A stretch of DNA of 64,000 bases from Octopus vulgaris (taxonomy: Eukaryota), in the NCBI GenBank assembly GCA_951406725.2, contig OX597823.1, positions 29,450,001 through 29,514,000 on the forward strand. The letters are read 5' to 3'. How positions within the stretch are numbered: the first letter of the stretch is position 1; every line of letters starts with the position of its first letter. The position numbers were made by a program, and so were the translations under genes. Below, in pieces: positions 53,370 to 64,000 of the stretch. The notes below the pieces were generated by a model. That model saw only the letters and a list, made by a program, of their open reading frames with translations, was not told where the DNA came from and ran no database searches.

Positions 53370-53730
53370 CAGAGAATGTTCCAGAATAAACTCCCTGACC
53401 AATATGTTGCATATTTTCAATGATGGCACCAGAAATTGGTTCACTGCTACAGCTTTTGGCATTGTTCCCAGTGGCAGCTGGTGACGGGGTGACAGGTGAT
53501 GGTTGGATGGGTGCGACAACTGATGATGGCTGGGTGACGGGTGAAGGGGTGTTCGGTGATGTGGCACTGGGCTTGCCCGGCGACACAATTGGAATACTTT
53601 GGTATTTCTCTGAGACTGGGAATGATGTGTCAGACGTAGCTGTTGCTGTTGCTGTCGCTGTCGCTGTCGCTGTTGCTGTCGCTGCTGCTGCTGCTGTTGC
53701 CGTTGCAGAGCTGCAATGATCTCCAGGAAC
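53370..53730 (-). CDS. MIDN: Midnolin exon (linker + start of Catch2)
   Basis: CAAACAG...G/GTAAGC, 361 bp, phase 0-1; ends SGAIIENMQHIGQGVYSGTFS. Confidence 0.9.
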
Positions 53731-54500
53731 CTGTTTGCGAGTAAACAACAAACCTGGCGATATAATAGCAGCAACAACAACAACTATAACAATAACAATA
53801 ATAACAAAAATAACAATGACAACAGGAATAAGAACAACATCATCATCATCATCATCATCATCATCACCACCACCACCACCATCATCATTTAACGTCTGCT
53901 TTCCATGCTGTTGAGCCAGAAGGTTGCACCAGTCTCCAATTTGACCTGGCAAAGTTTCTACAGCTGGATGCCCTTCCTAATGCCAACCACTCCAAGAGTG
54001 CAGCACAAGGGCCAGTCATGCAGTACTGCCAACGGCCACACTCGAATGGTGCTTTTTACGTTTCCCCCTGCACAGGAGTCAGTCCGGCAGCACTGGCAAT
54101 GATCACGCTCAAATGGTGCTTTTTTTTTTGCATGCCAACAACTCTGGTAGTGATGATGATGATGATAATGATGATGATTGATGATGATCATGATTGATCA
54201 TGATGATGGGAGGGGGGAATGGTTTCAAATTTTGGCACAAAGCCAGCAATTTTAGTCAAGGTGCTCATTCAATAGGATACCCTACCTGTGACCAATTCTT
54301 CCCTATTTCCTAGCAAAGTAATAGACATTCCTATAAGTGGACATGTTTGCATGGGAGACTGGAAACAAATGACACTGCTTGGATGAAGGTGACATTTGTT
54401 TACAACTATCACATGATGTCAAGGAGATACAAACACATATATACATGCAAGCACACACACGACTAGCCTCATTCAGTTTCCATCTCCCAAATCCACTCAC

Positions 54501-54750
54501 AGGGCTTTGATTAGCCTGGGGCTCTTTGGCTGGCCTAGGGCTCTTTGCTGGCCTAGGGCTCTTTGCTGGCCTAGGGCTCTTTGGTTAGTCTGGGGTTCTT
54601 TGGATGGCCTGTGGATCTTTGGTTGGCCTGGGGTTCTTTGCTTAATTTGGGGCTCTTTGGTTGGCCTGAGGCTCTTTGGTTAGCCTGGAGCTCTTTGGCT
54701 GGCCTGGGGCTCTTCAGTTGGTCAGGAGCTCTTTGGTTGGCCTGGGGCTT
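54501..54750. repeat. 19-20-bp minisatellite expanded inside a decayed family-A SINE
   Basis: Unit about GGCTCTTTGGCTGGCCTAGG, roughly a dozen copies; SINE sequence resumes on both sides. Confidence 0.8.
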
Positions 54751-54889
54751 TTTCCCAAGATACTGCACAGTGGAACAGAATCTGATATTCCTTAACAGTT
54801 GACACTACCATCATTTTGACTCTTGACCATCCTCAGATGGTAAGGGTTTGTGTGTGCGTGTGAGCAATGCTTGTGTGTACTAAATGCAA

Positions 54890-54934
<45 letters not shown>

Positions 54935-55352
54935 TGATAAAGATGGAGAGAGAGAGAGAGAAAGAGAGAAAGAGAGAGATAAAGATGGAGAGAGAGAGAG
55001 AAAGAGAGAGATATAAAGATGAAGAGAGACAGAGAGAGGAGTGTGTGTGTGGTCCATTTCCATGGATGGCAGAGAGATACATAGACATACACAGGGTATA
55101 AGTCAACAACTAGTCTAACGCAAACAACGACAGCATAACAAATGAACCTCTAAGTGGTCAACCAATCTGCTAGATATAACAACCAAATCTTTCATACTCA
55201 CAGGATATATTCAATACTAAAGACCTGGACACATACAAAAACACAGACTGAACCAGCTATATCTTTGATCCAGACCAGCTGGTCCAGGGCTGACCTGGGG
55301 CTAAACAGCAACAACAATAACAACAGCAGCAACATTAACAATCACAACTTAC

Positions 55353-55616
55353 TCTGGGATGTGTCGACAACTTGGAAAGTTCCCTTAATTTCTGTGAAAG
55401 ATTGTGACCCAATTCAGCAAGGGCCGTTGAGTTAAACACCGGCCCTACTGCAACACTGCTTCCCTTGTCCTTAGTTTCTGCACTGCACTGAGCATGTTTT
55501 GTTTGACTGCGTTGTGTGCATGATGACGTAGAGAGTTGCAGTTGCACAAACATCATGTGATCTCCGAGTTTCATGGCCAACAGGAGAGGTGCACGGCCTG
55601 ACAGAAAGTCATTAAC
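55353..55616 (-). CDS. MIDN: Midnolin exon (Catch1)
   Basis: TGTTTAG...AGA/GTAAGT, 264 bp, phase 0-0; [28 protein letters not shown]. Confidence 0.94.
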
Positions 55617-55626
55617 CTAAACAGTA

Positions 55627-55627
55627 A

Positions 55628-55672
<45 letters not shown>

Positions 55673-55688
55673 AATAATGATAATAATG

Positions 55689-55719
<31 letters not shown>

Positions 55720-55769
55720 TAATAATAATAATAATAATAATAATGATAATAATAATAATGATAATAATA

Positions 55770-55812
<43 letters not shown>

Positions 55813-55823
55813 TAATAATAATG

Positions 55824-55863
<40 letters not shown>

Positions 55864-55902
55864 TGATAATAATAATAATGATAATAATAATAATAATAAT
55901 AG

Positions 55903-55933
<31 letters not shown>

Positions 55934-55952
55934 AATAATAATGATAATAATA

Positions 55953-55996
<44 letters not shown>

Positions 55997-56013
55997 TAAT
56001 AATAATAATAATG

Positions 56014-56092
<79 letters not shown>

Positions 56093-56117
56093 CAACAACA
56101 ACAACAATAACAATAAA

Positions 56118-56166
<49 letters not shown>
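55627..56166. repeat. ~540-bp (AAT/GAT)n microsatellite abutting a splice acceptor
   Basis: Direct reading. Confidence 0.95.
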
Positions 56167-56169
<3 letters not shown>

Positions 56170-56580
56170 CAAACTATGCTGGAAGAAGCCAAACATAGTC
56201 TTAATTGAGAAAGAAAACAAACTATGCTGGATCGTAGATATAGCATGCCCAGCCGACAACAAGGTGTGCGATAAGGAAGAAAGAAAAGTTGAGAAATGAC
56301 GGGTTAGCTTGTGAAGTTAAGCAGGTGTGGTCGATGAAAAAGGTAGCAGTGGTACCAATAATTGTCGGAGCCCAAGGAACAGTGAGTAAAAAAACTCGAG
56401 AAGTATGTGGAAGAAACAGGGGCTGCAATAAGGGTGGAGCACTAGCAGAAAACAGCACTGCTTGGAACCACTCGAATACTCCGGAAGGTGCTCGAAAAAT
56501 AAGGAGTATTACCTTAGTTCACTCATAGTGAACATATGACACTGTAGTACATCTCCAGCATTAGAAGCTGTGCAAAGGCA
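56170..56580 (+). mobile_element. R4/Dong-like LINE 3' end in (AAT)n
   Basis: VKQVWSMKKVAVVPIIVGAQGTV (RLE C-terminus); (TAA)n on both flanks. Confidence 0.65.
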
Positions 56581-57092
56581 ATGATAATAATAATAATAAT
56601 AATGTACATTGTTTTGTCTTGGTATAAAAGATGGGCTACAGCAAATATTCTGCTCAGTACCACAGATTTGCTAGTCTGTTGTTTGACCTTAACCAGTTGA
56701 GCATAATCCCTTAGTGGCTGATGATATATGCATCTCTGATCACGAGCAGAAGTTGTTGGGGAGCATCATAGCCATGTGTTGAGATAAATTCTTTGGGGTT
56801 TGGATAATTCACCTTTGGAAACTTGGGTGTTTCATTCAACATCTTTAAACCGCCCATATTCAGGGACCTTTTGAGCGAGGTGGGTTACTCGACCTGAAGA
56901 AAACTGGGCCCCACCTGCAAGGTCATGCACTGTTTATTTTGATATGAAATCAACATGTTGTGCACATAAGGTCATGATATATGTGCCTGGTGTACCCTTA
57001 TCAGACGGGTAGCCATGATGGGTATACAGGGCTTCATATAATTGTAGCCCAATGTCACTTTGATGGCATGCACTGCTCTCTCACTCATTTAC

Positions 57093-57126
<34 letters not shown>

Positions 57127-57408
57127 GTTGATTAAAATTTTCGCACAAGGCAAGGAATTTTGAGGGGAGGGGCTTTAGTCAATGCCATAGATACTTGACT
57201 GGTGCATTATTTTATTGACCCTGAAAAGATTTCGATTCAGAATGCCAAGAGCAACACATCATGGCACTTCTCAATAGAAGCAGGTCATAACAACAATGCA
57301 TGTGTTTAATATGTGGTCTCAGTATGTCTCTACCAAAATCAAATGATATTTAGAAATAACTAAAAGAAAGAGAATAGATGAAGGAGGTAAACATTTGAGA
57401 AATTCTAC

Positions 57409-57465
57409 CTGAGACTCTGAAAGGTTCTCAAGTGCCTGGATGACGCCAACATCTGTTCGATGGAA
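57409..57465 (-). CDS. MIDN: Midnolin small exon (start of Catch1)
   Basis: TTTTTTCAG...CAG/GTAGAA, 57 bp, phase 0-0; FHRTDVGVIQALENLSESQ. Confidence 0.88.
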
Positions 57466-57524
57466 CTGAAAAAAGGATAGAAAAAAACACGATATTACTT
57501 ATGGAGATAACATAGGATTGAATT

Positions 57525-57987
57525 CAGTTCTATATTTAAGAGATGAGGAATTATGTACATTATTTACATTTGACGGATATTTGTCCTCATCTTCTTTGTT
57601 GTTAATACGTTTCAGCTGATATACCCTCCAGCCTTAATCAGGTGTCTTGCAGAAATTTCGAACTTGGGTTCTCATTCCAAAGGTATTTTTCGATGTTGTT
57701 AATATTATTATTATTATTATTATTCAGGTCACTGCCCGCGCTCTTAACCACTATGCCCACGGGGCATATGGTGTAGTGGTTAAGAGCACAGGCTACTACT
57801 AACTGCAAGATTCCAAGTTCGATTCCAAGCAGTGACCTGAATAATAATAATAAAAATGCCTTAGGAATGAGGACCCAGGTTCGAAATTTCTCCAAGACAC
57901 CTGATGAAGGCTGGAGAGTATACCAGCCGAAACGTTGTGTTAACAACAAACAAGATGAGGACAAATATCTGTCAAATGTAAATAATG
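57525..57987. mobile_element. Fold-back hammerhead element (family H1) with tRNA-like head at the centre
   Basis: A box TGGTGTAGTGG and B box GTTCGATTCC at about 57768-57826; 12-bp TSD TAGRATTGAATT at 57513-57524/57988-57999. Confidence 0.85.
57896..57941 (+). ncRNA. Minimal type-I hammerhead, canonical core
   Basis: GACAC|CTGATGA|A|GGCTGG-AGAGTATA-CCAGCC|GAA|ACGT|T|GTGTT. Confidence 0.8.
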
Positions 57988-59821
57988 TAGAATTGAATTG
58001 TTTGGCAATAAAGTCTAATGTTGTTTCAACTCAAGAAATTGTCTAACCCTTTTGATACCAACCTGCCTGAAACTGACACTGGTTTTATAATGCAAACTTC
58101 TTGTTTTAATCTGACCTAAAAGGAAATCTTCCATCAAATTTCATACTAATTTGTCCCAAACACCAACTTAGTAATGATAATTTCTCTAAACTGAACATTA
58201 TTTTCAACAATAATTGAAATAAAAGCAGTATATTTCAAAGGAGATGTGATAACAAGAGGTTTAAGAGACACAACGAGGATAAGTCTTGTCTAAGCTTACG
58301 TATGAGGAACATCTCCAACGGCTGGCATTATCTTCACTCGAATGACAGAGAATGTGGGGACCCCCTCTGAACCTGGCTTTCAACATCTTCAACAGGAATG
58401 TAAATCTACCATTAGCAGAGTTTTTCACCCCTGCACTGAATAGAAGTCTTCATGGGCTTGATCGCAAACTCTATCCCCGACGCTTTTGACTCAACAGGAA
58501 GAAGGCTGCATTCTCCATCCATATCGCAGCCTCAAGGAACAAGCTGCCACAAGGAGATTGTCAACACACAGCCAATACCAAAGGAGATTTGAAAATGAAA
58601 CCACTCTTGAGTTTATCATTATGGAAAATCCTAGGATCTTCAAAAACTTTAACCAGAAAAGACTTGGCATTTAGTGAGCCTCTAGTTTAAAGGTCAAGGT
58701 TATGGGGAACCTACTTACAGTGTGGTTCATTGATGTGTCTGCCCCCACTATACATGTCTAAGGTTTTCCAATGGAGAGTTTTCCTTTTATGGACAAATCT
58801 CTAGCAAACCATCCTACCCTCATGGACCCAACACCACAGCAGTTTGAGTTTCTCAGTTTATTTTCTGCCCCTCTATACCATTCCTCAGCTATACAGTTCA
58901 TAGGCCAGGAAGTGATAACAAATTAAAAAAAGGTCTATACAAATAAAAATGGATCTGTTCAGGACTTCCTTTAAAATGTCTTTATCTGGTGGTTTCACAT
59001 TAAAATCTTCAAAGTAATCACATCACATCACCATTGCAAATGCTGCATGTTTTAATAACAAAATCAAAGAAAGGAAATCTTTTCCCCCTAAAACCTTGAA
59101 CTATTCATGAAAAGCCTTGTGGCTTGATGTCCCTTTAAAGGACTTTGGAACGCATATTTTAACAACCAGATCACAGAGAGAACATTTTCCCCACTAAAAC
59201 CTTGAACTATTCATCAAAACCCTTGTGGCTTGGTGTCCCTTGAAAGGACTTTGAAATGTTTGAGATATACTAAGGAAAAAGAGACACAGCAAGAGAAGAG
59301 GAAAGAGGCTCTTACTTATCACTGAGTGATAAAAGCTACTTCAATGACAGTCATACTAGCTGGTTTCTGAGAGACTGGATTCTCTCTAATTATCAAACAT
59401 ATGTACACCCTTTGCCAATTATTTCTGTCTGAAATATTTTAGAGCAGGAATTCTTAATTTGATGTGGCTGCACTCCCCTGGGGGAACAAAATGGCATTAG
59501 ATCAAAGAAACACAGTACATGATTTATTAAAATTGCTTTACAGGATAAAATTATTAATAATTAACACTTGAAAATAACTTCATTCTGAGTCATCATCATC
59601 ATTGCTTAATGTCCGTTTTCTATGCTGGCATAGGTTGGACGATTTGACTGTGGTCTGGAGAGCCAGCAGCTGCACCAGACTCCAATCTGATCTGGCAATG
59701 TTTCTACAGCTGGATGCCCTTCCTAACACTAACCACTCCGAGAGTGTAGTGGGTGTAGTGTGTGCTTATGTATACATATCTATAGGTATATATATGAGTA
59801 TATATATATATATATATATAT

Positions 59822-60134
59822 ATCATGTGATCATGTGACTAACCAGGCTATCAGATATTTCTACTCATCGCTGGTCACAATGCACTTTGCATTGTTTTAC
59901 CGTTCAAATGATGCCACTCCGCTGGCTAAGCGAGCAGGCCAACAGAAGAAAGAGTGAGAGTAAGTTGCAGCGAAAGGGTACAGCAGAGGTCGCCACCCCC
60001 ACCCCCCTGCAAGAGCCTCATGGAGATTTAGGTGTTTTTGCTCAATAAACACACACAACGCCCGGTCTGGGAATCGAAACCGCGATCCTCTGACTGCGAG
60101 TCTGCTGCCCTAACCACTGGGCCATTGCGCCTCC
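59822..60134 (-). mobile_element. SINE family C
   Basis: Matches 4906-5172. Confidence 0.85.
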
Positions 60135-60169
60135 ACATATATATGTATGTGTGTGTGTGTATATGTATA

Positions 60170-60243
<74 letters not shown>

Positions 60244-60552
60244 CGCTGTCAACAACACATCCATAATATGCCATCTTCTCCCTCAACATCTTTCACAAAC
60301 ACAATAAATTTTTAACCTTTCAGCATTCACATTAATCTGTCAAATGCAATGCTTACTTATTCACATTGTTTTAAATTAGTCTTGCATTATCTCCAAGTTT
60401 TGAGATTTAAAAGATGTAACTGTTTCTTTTTAGAATGACATTGCAGGGTAGGGGTGAGAGGCTGGATCTGACTGGCTGAAACATTAAAACAGATAGGACA
60501 ATTTGGCCCAGATGTGGCTGGTTTAAATTCTTAAAGACTTGAATAAACTTAC

Positions 60553-60640
60553 CGTCATTCCACTTTCCATATTTGGGAACAGGAAAATACGACTGAATTC
60601 TGTAACTTGGTTTTCTAACAAACTTCCTTCTTTCAGGGGT
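60553..60640 (-). CDS. MIDN: Midnolin exon (C-terminal part of ubiquitin-like domain)
   Basis: TTAACCACAG...ACG/GTAAGT, 88 bp, phase 2-0; PLKEGSLLENQVTEFSRIFLFPNMESGMT. Confidence 0.85.
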
Positions 60641-60681
60641 CTGTGGTTAAAAAAAAAAAGATAAAATGATTAGTTTATACA

Positions 60682-60737
<56 letters not shown>

Positions 60738-60895
60738 TGATGATGATGATGATGATGACAACAACAAATAATAATAATCCTTTCTACTGTAGGCACAAAG
60801 CCTCAAATTTGGGGGAAGGGATTAAGTTGATACATTGACCCTAGTGCATAACTGGTACCTATTCAATTGATCCTGAAAGGATGGAAAGAATAATA

Positions 60896-60926
<31 letters not shown>

Positions 60927-60943
60927 AAATAATAATAATAATA

Positions 60944-61482
60944 AGTGCAGCAGTGGTTGTGTAGTAAGTAACTTGTTTCCCAAACACATGGTTCCGGGTT
61001 CAGTCCCACTACCCGTCACCTTGGGCCAATGTCTTCTACTATAGCCTCAGGCGGACTAAAACCTTGTGAGTAGATGTGGTAGACGGAATCTGAAAGAAAC
61101 CCATTGTATATGTATATATATGTATGTGTGTGTATGTATATGTTTCTGTGTCTGTGTTTGTCCCCCAACATCGCTTGACAACCGATGCTGGTGTGTTTAT
61201 GTCCCTGTATCTTAGCGGTTCGGCAAAAGAGACCAATAGAATAAGTACTAGGCTTACAAAGAATAAGTCCTGGGGACGATTTATTCGACTGAAGGCGGTG
61301 CTCCAGCATGGCTGCAGTCAAATGACTGAAACGAATAAAATGTAAAAAAAAAACAAAAACAAATAATAACAATATTTTCTACTGGAAGCACAAGGCCTGA
61401 AATTTGGAGGAAGGGATTAAGTTGATACATCAACCCCAGTGCATAACTGGTACTAATTTAATCGACCTTGAAAGGATGAAAG

Positions 61483-61540
<58 letters not shown>

Positions 61541-61958
61541 TTTGATATGTAGGAGTGGCTGTGTGGTAAGTAGCCTGCTTACAAACTACATGGTTCCAGG
61601 TTCAGTCCCACTGCGTGGCACCTTGGGCAAGTGTCTTCTACTATAAGTCTCGGCCCGACCAAAGCCTTGTGAGTGGATTTGGTAGATGGAAACTGAAAGA
61701 AGCCTGCCGTATATATGTATATATATGTATATGTATGTGTGTATGTGTTTGTATGTCTGTGTTTGTCCCCTCAACATCGCTTGACAACCAGTGTTGGTGT
61801 GTTTACCTCCTTGTAATCTAGCAGTTCGGCAAAAGAGATCGATAGAATAAGTACTAGGCTTACAAAGAATAAGTCCTGGAGGTCGATTTGCTCGACTAAA
61901 AGAGGTGGTGCGCCAGCATGGCCACAGTGAATTGACAGAAACAAGTAAGAGTAAAAGA

Positions 61959-61960
<2 letters not shown>
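60944..61960 (+). mobile_element. Two family-A SINEs (60944-61345, 61550-61960), each preceded by a family-B fragment and (AAT)n
   Basis: Similarity to 50-467 and to 9715-9830. Confidence 0.85.
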
Positions 61961-62027
<67 letters not shown>

Positions 62028-62394
62028 CAACAATAATAATCCTTTTTACTATAGGCGCAAGGATTGGGATTTGTGGGGAGGGGTTAGTCAGTTACATCAC
62101 CAGCACCCCACCCCACCCCCAGACTGGTACTTATTTTACCAACCAGCACCACTGCCACCCTCAATATCATCATCATCATAGACATTGCCATCACCATTAC
62201 CCTACCACCACCACCACCACCACCACCACCACCAACATAATCATACATGATTTTTAAGCTTGATTTTTTTTTTTTTTCTTTTGCTTTCCATGCTGGCAGG
62301 AATTTCAATAAAACTTGTTTAAAAGCAATGTTTTTTTACTGCCCGATGGCATTCATATCAATAAACCTTACACTTGTTTTCCAAATAAAGTATT

Positions 62395-62446
<52 letters not shown>

Positions 62447-62616
62447 TTCACATAATAAACTGCACAACTGGACAAGTTTTACAACGGACAACAACAATAG
62501 CATTGCCAATGTGGTGACATTGTTTTAGACTAAAAACCACAAAGACCATCAAGACAGAAATAAAAAGCCACAGAACACACACACACACATGTGTAGATAT
62601 ATTCTCTTGAGTGCAG

Positions 62617-62941
62617 ACATGCTGGAGCACCGCTTTTAGTCGAACAAATCGACCCCGGGACTTATTCTTTGTAAGCTTACCACCTATCCTATCAGTCTCT
62701 TTGCTGAACCAGTAAGTTACGGGGACGTAAACACACCAACATCGGTTGTCGAGCAATGGTTGTGGGGACAAACACAGACTGGATAAACAGCCAACAACTG
62801 ATGCAGGGTCGTTCTTTATGTTGCTTGTTTTGTTTTCCATTTCTGTCTTTGATTGTTCGAAAGAATAGTTCATGTTCCATGTGGTCATGCTTCATGTTTT
62901 TTTTTTGTTGTACACGTTTCGTGAAGTCCCGTGTCCACATA

Positions 62942-62978
<37 letters not shown>

Positions 62979-63259
62979 TCATCGTCGTCATTGTCGTTTA
63001 GCATCTGCTTTCCATACTAGCATGGGTTGGACAGTTCAACTGGGGTCTGGGAAGCCAGAAGACTGCACCAGGCCCAGTCTGATCTGCCAATATTTCTACG
63101 AGGCTTCTTTCAGTTTCTGTCTGCCAAATCCACTCACAAGGCTTTGGTCGACCTGCGGCTATGGTAGAAAACACTTGCCCAAGGTGCCACACAGTGGGAC
63201 TGAACCCAGAACCATGCGGTCAGGAAGCAAGCTTCTGACCACACAGCCACTCCTGTGCC
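62617..63259 (-). mobile_element. SINE family A with nested insertions, including an RTE 3' fragment at 62975-63090
   Basis: SINE halves flank a copy of the 32990-33145 repeat, (TA)n and an RTE tail. Confidence 0.8.
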
Positions 63260-63610
63260 TGTATATACATATATAACATATGTCTCATCATTTAATGTTC
63301 ACTTTACATGCTGCCATGTCTTGAATGTTTGCCAGGAGCTGGCATGTCAGAAGACATAACCCAAACTCAACTGCCTGCTTCGGCATGGTTTCTATGGCTG
63401 GATGCCCTTCTTAATGCTGACCTCTTTACAGTGTACTGAGTGGATTGTACATGGCACCAGCACCATCAAGGTCACCAAGTACCTTGCAAGTCAAGTGCTC
63501 TCAACTAAGAGGAAAGAGTAGTATGAAGGAAGGTGGCTTAGTGCCAGATGACAAGAGGTTAAGAGTGTTTGAGGAAATAGAAACAGGTGTCCAGCAGAAG
63601 CAGGAGATAC

Positions 63611-63644
<34 letters not shown>

Positions 63645-63801
63645 AAATTTAAAGGACTGACCACTAAAAGTGGACGAGCAATAAGCTAGATATAGATGTC
63701 AAAATAGCGATTTGTAAGTAAAAATATTTTAATCTTCGGATTGCTTTAATATGCTAGGCCACTGGTTTTAATTGATTAATATCAATTTCTACCCTTATTC
63801 A

Positions 63802-63849
<48 letters not shown>

Positions 63850-64000
63850 TACACATGCAATCTGGTGAGACATTCCAAGCACTGTGTATATTTGATCAGA
63901 TATGAGGAACAGAAACACAGGGTCTTGCAGTGGAGAAGATTTTCTCTCTCCCTCTGTGTATACATACATATATATACACACACAGCACGCATACACACTC

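Noticed and set aside
54571-54802. Repetitive peptide ORFs on both strands
   Set aside because: Translation of the SINE-derived minisatellite; not needed for the MIDN reading frame
57760-57835. Second tRNA gene
   Set aside because: A/B boxes are present but there is no complete acceptor or anticodon stem; treated as an element head
63850-63960. Candidate upstream MIDN exon
   Set aside because: No resemblance to the N-terminal Ubl strands and no suitable phase-2 donor; the first exon probably lies beyond the window

Overview
Eukaryotic, microsatellite-saturated animal DNA. The tRNA-derived SINE families and the (TA)/(CA)/(CATA)/(AAT) arrays look like an octopus genome; that assignment is inference. 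There is one host protein-coding gene, a midnolin (MIDN) orthologue on the minus strand. I reconstructed six coding exons (60640->48453) with consistent GT-AG phases; the 5' exon(s) were not found. There is one intact tRNA-Ser(AGA) gene at 759-840. The rest is mobile DNA: a young 5'-truncated RTE LINE whose RT carries an inserted C4HC3 PHD-type finger and whose 5' junction is a 9x26-bp reiteration of its own sequence, decayed RTE, CR1 and R4-like LINEs, hAT/Helitron/Tc1/piggyBac-like/Mutator-like elements, and several SINE families. The strongest signal is a set of short Penelope-type elements carrying minimal type-I hammerhead ribozymes. Their catalytic 3-8 pair covaries between families (C3-G8, U3-A8, G3-C8), several occur as fold-back inverted pairs, and one family carries a tRNA-like Pol III head. 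All calls were made by eye; no searches or folding were run.
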